Of a stretch of DNA of 64,000 nt, positions 43,101 to 52,197 are shown piece after piece. Both the position numbers and the translations under genes were made by a program. The notes beneath the pieces were generated by a model that did not search any database, was not told the origin of the DNA, and saw nothing but the letters and a program-made list of their open reading frames with translations. The DNA is from Squalus acanthias (lineage: Eukaryota): contig CM059431.1 of NCBI GenBank assembly GCA_030390025.1, forward strand, positions 136,650,001-136,714,000, read 5' to 3'. Numbering within the stretch: position 1 is the first letter of the stretch; each line of letters starts with the position of its first letter.

Positions 43101-46014
43101 TGTACGGCCCCATCCTATTACCCATGTCTGTACGATCCGATCCTATTAAGCATCTTTGTGCAGTCCGATCCTATTACCCATCTCTTTATGGCCCCATCCT
43201 ATTACCAATATCTGTACGGTCCCATCCTATTACGCATCTCTGTACGGCCCCATCCTATTACCCAACTCTGTACGGCCCCATCCTATTACCCATCTCTGTA
43301 CGGCCCCATCCTATTACCCATCTCTGTGCAGCCCCATCCTATTACCCATCTCTGTACAGCCGCATCCTATTACACATCTCTTTCCGACCCCATCCTATTA
43401 CCCATCTCTGTACGGCCCCTTCCTATTACCCATGTCTGTACGGCCCCCTCCTGTTACCCATCACTGTACGGCTCCATCCTATTACCCAAATTCTGTACCC
43501 ATCTCTGCCCGGCACTATCCTATTTCCCATCTCTGTACGTCCAAATTATATTACCCATCTCTGCCCGGCCCTATCCTATTTCCCATCTCTGTACGTCCAA
43601 ATTCTGTTACCCATCTCTGCCTGGCCCCATCCTATTACCCATCTCTGTATGGCCCCATCCTATTACTAATCTCTGAAATGCCCCATCCTTTACCCATCTC
43701 TGTACGGCCCCATCCTATTACCCATGTCTGTACAGCCCCATCCTATTACCCATCTCTGTGCAGCTCCATCCTATTACCCATCTCTGTACAGCCCCATCCT
43801 ATTACACATCTCTGTCCGCCCCATCCTATTACCCATCTCTGTACGGCCCCATCCTATTACCCATGTCTGTACGGCCCCCTCCTATTACCCATCACTGTAC
43901 GGCTCCATCCTATTACCCAAATTCTGTACAGCCCCATCCTATTACCCATCTCTGCCCGGCCCTATCCTATTTCCCATCTCTGTACGTCCAAATTCTATTA
44001 CCCATCTCTGCCCGGCCCTATCCTATTTCCCATCTCTGTACGTCCAAATTCTATTAACCATCTCTGCCTGGCCCCATCCTATAACCCATCTCTGTATGGC
44101 CCCACCCTATTACTAATCTCTGAAATGCCCCATCCTATTACCCATCTCTGTATGGCCCCATCCTATTACCCATCTCTGTACGGACCCATCCTATGACCCA
44201 TGTCTCTACGGTCCTATCCTATCACCCATCTTTGTATGGCGACATCCTATTTCCCATCTCTGTACGGCCCCATCCTATTACCCATGTCTTTATCGCCCCA
44301 TCCTATTACCCATTTCTGTACGATCCGATCCTATTACCCATCTCTGTGCGGTCCGATCCTTATACCCATCTCTTTATGGCCCCATCCTATTACCCATGTC
44401 TGTACGATCCGATCCTATTACCCATCTCTTTATGGCCCCATCCTATTACCAATATCTGTACGGCCCTTCCTATTACCAATCACTGTACGGTCCCATCCTA
44501 TTACGCATCTCTGTACGGCCCCATCCTATTACCCAACTCTGTACGGCCCAATCCTATTACCCATCTCTGTACGGTCCCACCCTATTACCCATCTCTGTAC
44601 GGCCCCATCCTATTACCCAACTCTGTACGGCCCCATCCTATTACCCAGCTCTGTACGGCCCCATCCTATTACCCATCTCTTTATGGCCCCATCCTATTAC
44701 CCATGTCTGTACAATCCGATCCTATTACCCATCTCTGTGCGGCCCCATCCTATTACCCATCTCTGTACGGCCCCCTCCTATTACCCATCTCTCTACGGCC
44801 CCGTCCTATTTCCCAGCTCTGTACGGCCCCATCCTAGTACCCATCTCTGTACGGCCTCTTCTGATTACCCATCTCTGTACGGTCCCATACTATTACCATG
44901 TCTGTATGGAACCAACCTATTTGCCATCTCTGTATTGCCCCATTTTATTACCCATCTCTGTACAGTCCTAACCAATTACCCATCTCTGTACTGCCCCATC
45001 CTTTTACCCATCTCTGTACGGCCCCATCCTATTACCCATCTCTGTCAGGCCCCATCTTATTACCCATCTCTATAAGGCCCCATCTTATTACCCAACTCTG
45101 TACGGCCCAATCCTATTACCCATCTCTGTGCGGCCCCATCCTATTACCCATGTCTGTATGACCCCATCCTATTACCCATCTCTGTATGGTCCCATCCTAT
45201 TACCCATCTCTGCCGGGCCCTATCCTATTAGCCATCTCTGTACGGCCCCATCCTATTACCCATCTCTGTAAGGTCCCATCCTATTACCAATCTCTCTATG
45301 GCCGCATCCTATTACCGAACTCTGTACAGCCCCATCCTATTACCCTTCTCTGTAAGGTCCCATCCTATTACTCAGCTCTGTACCGCCCCATCCTATTACC
45401 CATCTCTGTACATCCCCATCCGAATACGCATCTCTTTACGGACCCATTCTATTACCCATCTCTGTACGGCCCCATCCTATTACCCAACTCTGTACGGCCC
45501 CATCCTATCACCCATCTCTGTATGGCCCCATCCTATTACCCTTCTCTGTACAGCCCCAACATATTACCCCTCTCTGTACGATCCCATCCTATTACCCATC
45601 TCTGTACGGCCCCATCCTATTACCCATCTCTGTACGGCCCCATCGTATTACCCATCTCTGTACGGCCCCATACCATTACCCATCTCTTTACAGCCCCATC
45701 CTATTACCCATCTCAGTACGGCCCCATCCTGTTACCCATCTCTGTATGGCCCCATCCTTTTCCCCATCTTTGTACGGCCCCATCCTATTACCCATCTCTG
45801 TATGGCTCCATCCTATTACACATCTCTGTACAACCCCATCCTATTACCCATCTCTGTACAGCCCCATCCTATTACCCATCTCTGTATAGCCCCATCCTGT
45901 TACCCATCTCTGAAAGGCTCCATCCTATTACCCATCTCTATACGGCCCCATCCTATTACCCTTCATTGTACGGCTCCATCCTATTACCCATCTCTGTACG
46001 ACCCCATGCTATTA
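28169..46014. repeat. 28-bp satellite, block 3 (diverged, with higher-order repeats)
   Basis: Same monomer, many variants; duplicated variant blocks at offsets 419 and 1813 bp. Confidence 0.98.
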
Positions 46015-46024
46015 GGCGGCGGAA

Positions 46025-46310
46025 CTGGGTGGTGCGGCTGCGGCGAGGCGGAGCTGAGAAAAGGCGGCGGTGAACAGGTAGGTTCACAGAGGCTGCGGAC
46101 CTGGGTGGAGCGGCTGCGGCGAGGCGGAGCTGAGAAAAGGCGGCGGTGAACAGGTAGGCCCACAGAGGCTGCGGACCTGGGTGGAGCGGCTGCGGCGAGG
46201 TGGAGCTGAGAAAAGGCGGCGGCGAACAAGTTGGCCCACAGAGGCTGCAGACCTGGGTGGAGCGGCTGCGGCGAGGCGGAGCTGAGAAAAGGCGGCGGCG
46301 AACAGGTAGG
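46025..46310 (+). repeat. 76-bp GC/CpG-rich tandem monomers in the CR1 5' UTR (3 full plus 1 partial)
   Basis: Units start at 46025, 46101, 46177 and 46253 (ctgggtggagcggctgcggcgaggcggagctgagaaaaggcggcgg...). Confidence 0.93.
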
Positions 46311-46365
46311 CTTACCAATCTGAGCCCCGAGAGCGGAGAGAGAGAAGTAGAAAATAATCAAAGTG

Positions 46366-46406
46366 TGACGTCACCAGAAAGCAGGTAAGTGATTGGTTGG
46401 TGAGTA
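46366..46406 (+). promoter_or_regulatory. Candidate CR1 internal promoter and splice motifs: CRE palindrome, ATTGG, two splice-donor-like sites
   Basis: TGACGTCA at 46366-46373, CAG|GTAAGT at 46382-46390, then ATTGG and TG|GTGAGT. Motif match only. Confidence 0.35.
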
Positions 46407-46581
46407 TCTCTCTTTTCCTCCTTTTTTCCACACTTAAATTCTGTGGTTTATAGTTTCTAGAGTCTCTGTGGTGTAGCGGGGACTGCTGTTAAGCAAGGGC
46501 CCTTGAGTACATCATTTAATTGAAGTGAAATTGGTGGGATTCAATTAGTTTAATTTTAATTAATTAATTAAAGGTTAATTC

Positions 46582-47538
46582 ATGTCAGGAGAGCTCGGCG
46601 CCGTGGTGTGCTCCTGCTGCAATATGTGGGAAATCAGGGACACTTCCTCTGTCCCTGACGACCATGTGTGTGGGAAATGTATCCAGCTGCAGCTACTGAC
46701 GGACCGCATTGCGGCGCTGGAGCTGCGGATGGATGCATATTGGTGCATTCGCGACGCTGAGAACGTCGTGAATAACACTTTTAGCGAGTTGGTCACACCG
46801 CAGGTTTAGGGTGTACAGGCAGGAAGTGAATGGGTGATCACCAGGCAGAGTAAGACGTGCAGGCAGGTAGTGCAGGGGTCCGCTGTGGCCATCCCCCTCT
46901 CAAACAGATATACCACTTTGGATGCTGATGGGGGGGGGGGGGGGTGACTTATCAGGGGAAGGCGGCAGCAGCCAACTTCCTGGCATCATGGGTGGCTCTG
47001 CTGCACAGGCTGGGAGGAAAAAGTGTGGAAGAGCTATAGTGATAGGGGATTCAATTGTAAGGGGAATAGATAGGCGTTTCTGCGGCCGCAATCGAGACTC
47101 CAGGATGGTGTGTTGCCTCCCTGGTGCAAGGGTCAAGGACGTCTCGGAGCGGCTACAGAACACTTTGGAGGTTGAGGGCGAACAGCCAGTTGTCGTGGTG
47201 CACATAGGCATCAACGATATTGGTAAAAAACAGGATGAGGTCCTAAAAGCAGAATATAGGGAGTTAGGAGGTAAATTAAAAAAGAGGACCTCAAAGGTAG
47301 TAATCTCAGGATTGATACCAGTGCCACGTGCTAGTCAGAGTAGAAATACGAGGATATTTCAAATGAATACGTGGCTAGAGGAATGGTGCAAGGGGGAGGG
47401 ATTCAAATTCCTTTGACATTGGAACCGGTTCTGGGGGAGGTGGGACCAGTACAAACGGGACAGTCTGCACCTGGGCAGGGCCGGGACCGATGTCTTCGGC
47501 GGATGTTTGCTAGTGCTGTTGGGGAGGGTTTAAACTAA
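46582..47538 (+). pseudogene. CR1 ORF1: CxxC..CxxC zinc finger/leucine zipper plus SGNH esterase domain, disrupted
   Basis: CSCC...CGKCIQLQLL, PLSNRYTTL, IVIGDSIVR, CLPGARV, VHIGIND, DSLHL, ending GEGLN*; stops at 46807 and 47414, frameshifts at the G15 run (46930-46944) and near 47500. Confidence 0.9.
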
Positions 47539-48063
47539 AGTGGCAGGGGGTTGGGAACCTGAGCAGGGAGACAGAGGAAAGGGAAATAAGGATAAAATCT
47601 AAAGACAGGAAGGAGAAAAACAAAAGTAGAAGGCAAAAAACTCAACGGTTTAAATCAAACATGGTCATAGTAAATAATAATTCATATAGGTCTGAAAGCG
47701 TTAAAAAAGCAAGCCTGAAGGCTTTGGGGGAAAAATTCAGTCGCGCCCCGTTTGGGGCGCAAATATCGTCCGGGCGCAAAAATTAGCGCCTGGTGCTAAT
47801 TATCGCCACTGACTGGAAACTTCACTTTTAACGTCTCGGGAGGTGATTGGAGCGTTAAATCAGGCGCAGCGCACCTGTCTTAAGGCGCAAAGGCCGAGGA
47901 GTGAGGCGCTAACTCAGAGCGCGAGCGCAGCGCAGGTGCTGCCAGTTAGCGAGGGAACACGGACACACTGGCGCTGGCCAGTTCTTAAAGGTGGGGGGGG
48001 CGATCTTGCACCCCAGCCACACCCTGCTCATTGCAGCCTTGAATCTCGACCTGGAGAGACCTG

Positions 48064-48962
48064 GGGGTAAAAATTCACTTGGTTGCGCCTCCCGTTAGCG
48101 CCTTAAGAGGGCGCTAATGGGGCGCAAAGCCGCTAACGCCCGGGCGCAGCGATGTTTGCGCCGCTCGAGAACTTAACTTGAGATTGTGCGGTGGCGCTAA
48201 AACTTACCGCTGCGACCACCTGCGCGCGCAGATTGTGACGTCATTCCATGGTGCAACGCCCTTGTGGCGCCCCGTAGCGGAAATTGAGTGGCACTCCCTG
48301 CCTTACCGCCTGGCGCTTCCAACGACCAGAAGACTGGAACGCTATCAATCGCTGTGGGGCTGGGGGGGGGGGGGGCGCTATTTAAAGGGGGCCTCTTCCT
48401 GTCTTTTATTGTTGGTGGCATTTTTGAACTACACATTCTGAGAGAGAGAGGGAGAGACTTCTGGAGAGATTCAACGTTGTGTGAAGGAGTTTTGGGTACT
48501 GAGCAGCACTTTGCAGGTTCATTTTGATTTGCCATTCCTTGTATCGATTTAGCAGAGACTGTGGGAGCTGCACTCTGAGCTCTTTGCCTGCTACGCTCCA
48601 TTGTTCTTTCCAGCACATTTGATGTGCAAGTCTCTCCAGGCCGAGATTCAAGGCAGCAATGAACAGGATGTGGATGGAAAGCAAGATTAACCATCCCCTT
48701 TAAGAACTGGCCCGTGCCATTGTGTGTGTGTTCCATTGCTGTCTGACATTACATGAGCTTCGCCAGCGCTCCGAGTTAGCGCCTCACTGCTCGGCCTTTG
48801 CGCCTTAAGAGAGGTGCGCAGCGCCTGCTTTAGCGCTCCACTCACCTCCCGGGGCGGTAAAAGTGAAGTTTCCTGTCAGTGCCGATAATTAGCGCCAGGC
48901 GCTAATATTTGCGTCCGGACGATATTTGCGCCCCAAATGGGGCGCGACCTAATTTCTACCCC
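48064..48962. mobile_element. Non-autonomous Harbinger derivative (899 bp) nested in inverted orientation in the host Harbinger
   Basis: TIRs GGGGTAAAAATT and (reverse complement) GGGGTAGAAATT; TSD CTG (48061-48063, 48963-48965). Its left part matches the reverse complement of the host right end and its right part matches the reverse complement of the host left end. Confidence 0.92.
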
Positions 48963-48987
48963 CTGAGCTTCCATTTTCCAGCCAAGG

Positions 48988-50734
48988 ATGGCAGGGCGAG
49001 AGAACGAGCTGAGCGCTTCACCGAGCGGGCCTTGGATGCTCTGGTTGGCGCGGTGGAGCGCCGAAGAGTAATACTGTACCCAGAGAGTGGCAGGAGGCCT
49101 TTGCCGTGCGACTACAGAAGAGTGTGGAAGGAGGTGCCTCAGCGCGTCTCCTCCAGGAGCATGGTGCCCAGGACCCATGTCCAATGCCGGAAAAAGTTCA
49201 ACGACCTCACTCGGGTCGTCAGGGTGAGTGGCTTCTTTGCAATACCTCTCCATCCCTCCATCTCAACCTCACTCTATGGCCAGAGGGTCTTAAAACCACA
49301 ATTAACAACACTCATCCAACACCTATGGCCCTTTCATGAAGCACACACACACATTCCATACTTTGCATACAGTAAGGGCTATTCACCTATGGGAGGCACA
49401 TCAGGCAAGACCATGGCTGCATACAGTAAGGGCTATTCACCTATGGGAGGCACATCAGGCAAGACCATGGCTGTATATTTACTCAGACGCCGTCCTTTTT
49501 CTTGCAGGCCAAGCTGGCGCATAATAGGAGACAGCAGCAACGGACGGGTGGAGGGCGGCCTCAGCTGCAACCCCTCAGCGATCTTGAGGAGCGCGTCCAC
49601 AGGATTGTGGCAAGCCGGGTGATCGGTCCCGTCGCCACTGGAGACGCCGACCCCGTTCTGGACAGCAATGGTCATCACCTTTTTGTCCTCTGTCCTTCCA
49701 CTTGTCCCTCACAACACCAGCCTTTGACACTTTCAATCCAACTTACTAACTCGCTGCACTTATTCCTCCCTTACTGCCACCCTGTCCTCACGTTAAAGCC
49801 ACTCTTGTACCTCCCTGCTTTCAGATGGTGATTCACCAGCTGAGGAGACGGGCCCTCAAGCTGCCAGTGGGAGTGAAGCTGCAGCCGAGGAGGAAGAGGA
49901 AGCCGGAGCATCAGTGTCACCCTCTCCCGAGGAAGCCCATGCCGACACTGGGAACACGCCTTCCCTGGAGGGGAACAGGGGGGAACGGTCTGATGAGGGT
50001 GAAGCTCCAGGACCCAGCGGGCTGCAGCAACGCGATGGGGGCCTTCTCCCCGGAGGGAGAGTATGCCAGCGAGTCCTGCTGCACTGGATGCAGAGGAGGA
50101 GCGGCTGATCGCGGAAATGACCACCCAGGCGGTGGGCATGCACACTGAGCTCATGGCTGCAGTGGGTAGGGTGCCCGAATGCATTGAACCACTGGCAAGG
50201 AGTGTGGAGCACTTCGCTGCAGCGCAGGCGGATGCGACACTGAAGCTCAGTGCTGCAATTCAATCTCAGACTGTTCTCATGCAGACTCAGATTGAGGCCA
50301 CGCGAGCACTGTCTGCTGCCATCCTCGCTGGTTCGTTCACATTTCCCCGGGGCTCTCACACTGTGATACAGCAGATTGCTCCGGATGCTGAGGTGCTGCC
50401 CCGTGGGAGTGACAGTGTGCCGGTCGAGCAGGGAGTTGCTGTCCTCGCTCAAGATGACAGCATTCCTGCTGCCACCACTGTCACTTCTCCACTGCAGTTG
50501 ACACCGCCTGTAGGACAGACTGCTGCCGCCCATGCAGAGTTGATGCAGTCTGCAGCCGGGCCCTCCAGGCCCAGAACTGGTCGAGGCCGTCCCTCAAGGG
50601 CATCTGCATTGTCAGGGCCTGACAGTCAGCAGCCTTCCACCAGTCTTGCTGCAGCCACTGAGGTCGCATTGCGAAGGAGCAGTAGGGTAAGAAGGGGGGA
50701 AGGGCGCACGGGAAGGAGTTCACCCTCGATGTAG
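48988..50734 (+). pseudogene. Harbinger Myb/SANT-like (trihelix) DNA-binding protein gene, 3 predicted exons, frameshifted
   Basis: Exon 1 48988-49223 (RAERFTERALDALV...WKEV...RTHVQCRKKFNDL; donor GTGAGT), exon 2 49508-49670 (AKLAHNRRQQQRTGGG; acceptor ttttcttgcag), exon 3 49825-50734 (acceptor ctttcag; acidic linker and helical region). Phases 0 and 1 are consistent. 1-nt loss just after the ATG and a frameshift near 50050. Confidence 0.82.
49364..49473. repeat. 54-bp perfect tandem duplication in intron 1 of the Myb-like gene
   Basis: tgcatacagtaagggctattcacctatgggaggcacatcaggcaagaccatggc at 49364 and 49418. Confidence 0.93.
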
Positions 50735-50761
50735 GAGGTGTGACAAAATGCTGGTCATTTT

Positions 50762-50917
50762 TTTATTAAAAGCCGAGATTCGTGGTCAAACTTTTGTTGA
50801 GTGTTTTGCACATGATCTCCAGATTGTGAGAACCAGTTATGGTAATGACTGTTTTTTTGTGTTTATTTGTATGAGTTTGACATGAAGAAATGACACACAC
50901 AGAGTTTGTAAAATAAA
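50762..50917. terminator. Candidate polyadenylation signals shared by the convergent Harbinger genes
   Basis: TTTATTAAA at 50762-50770 (AATAAA on minus overlapping ATTAAA on plus), TTTATT at 50862-50867 and AATAAA at 50912-50917, in the AT-rich gap between the two stop codons. Confidence 0.5.
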
Positions 50918-51045
50918 TAAGTTTTGGTACTCAAAATATACATGTTAGGTGTTTGGAATCATTGGTGCCTTGGCCGGCTTAGGGGTTGCGTGTTATGTTT
51001 ATTCATGCTGTTCTCAATGGCAGAAGCCATTTCCACAGCAGGGGC

Positions 51046-52197
51046 CTAGAAGCGGCTTGCTTTCAGCCGCTGACGGACGGCCCTTGCAGTTTCACCATTG
51101 TGGGCCGCCCTCATGCCTTGGTGCTGCTGCTGATCATCCTCCTCCTCCTCTTCCTCCTCCTCCTCTGGTGGTGCTCCAAGACCTGGTGGCATTGGCTGGG
51201 TCCTTAGGATTGCCATGTTATGCAGCATGCAGCACACAACTACGATGTTGGAAACTCGCTCAGGCGAGTACTGCAGGGCTCCTCCAGAATGGTCGAGACA
51301 GCGGAACCGTTGCTTGAGCACGCCGATTGTGTGCTCCACGATGTTCCTGGTAGCTTGATGGCTCTTGTTGTATCGCAGCTCAGCAGGGGTGTTGGGCGTA
51401 CGGAGCGGTGTCATCAGCCAGCTGTTCAGTGGATACCCCTTGTCCCCGAGAAGCCAACCAACTGGCTGATGCGGTGCCTCGAAAAGTTCTGCCACAGTAG
51501 TCTGGCGCAGGATGAAAGCATCGTGGCAGCTGCCAGGATACTGGGCATTGACAGCGAGTATCAGCTGTCTGTGGTCACAGACCAACTGAACATTCAAGGA
51601 ATGGAAGCCCTTTCTGTTCCGGAAATCCTCGGCATTCTCATGCGGAGCACGCAAAGCCACATGCGTGCAGTCAATGGCGCCCTGCACCATGGGGAAGCCC
51701 GCTATCCTCGCAAAGCCCAGAGCGCGTTCTTGCTGCTTGTCTGGGGTCATGGGGAAAGAGATGAACTCTCGTCTCCTTTTAAAGAGGGCATTTGTGACCT
51801 TCCTGATGCATCAATGCAAAGCAAACTGGGAGATATTGGCGATGTCCCCAACAGCAGAATGAAATGAGCCAGTAGCATAAAAGTTCAGAGCCACTGTGAC
51901 CTTCACTGCCACCGACAGAGACGTCCTGGACCTCAGTTGAGGCTGCAGATCTGGCTGCAGCAGGTGGCAGAGCTCAGTGACCACCTCCTTGCTGAAGCAC
52001 AGCCTTCGCAGACACTGCTCCTCAGACATATGAATGTAGGAGAGCTGTTCACGATATACCCTGGGAGGGTAAGCTCTCCTGTACAGACGCCTGTTGGCCC
52101 TCCTCCGTCTGGCCATCATTGCCACTCTCTCTCTGCGTCTCTGTCTCCTCCGATTCAGCTGGCGCAGGACGACGCCCCCCATCAGTGCAGCCCCCAT
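51046..52197 (-). pseudogene. PIF/Harbinger DDE transposase (HARBI1-like, DDE_Tnp_4), 383 codons with one nonsense codon
   Basis: GAIDCTHV, FRNRKGFHSLNVQLVCD, YPGSCHDAFIL, LLGDKGYP, RNIVEHTIGVLKQRFRCL, CCMLHN; N-terminal VTVALNFYATG. ORFs 51811-52209 and 51046-51750 share a frame and are separated only by TGA at 51811-51813. Confidence 0.95.

Noticed and set aside
189..46073. Dozens of long Pro/Tyr/His-rich ORFs (up to 1282 aa) repeating PSYYPSLYGPILLPISVRPHPITHLCTA
   Set aside because: The 28-bp monomer has no plus-strand stop, so all three frames give the same 28-aa repeat. Variants add stops and frameshifts freely, with no sign of codon constraint or gene structure.
51046..52197. Host HARBI1 gene, with NAIF1/MSANTD at 48988-50734
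   Set aside because: Both genes lie inside TIRs with a TSD, interrupt a LINE ORF and carry disabling mutations, so they are transposon genes.
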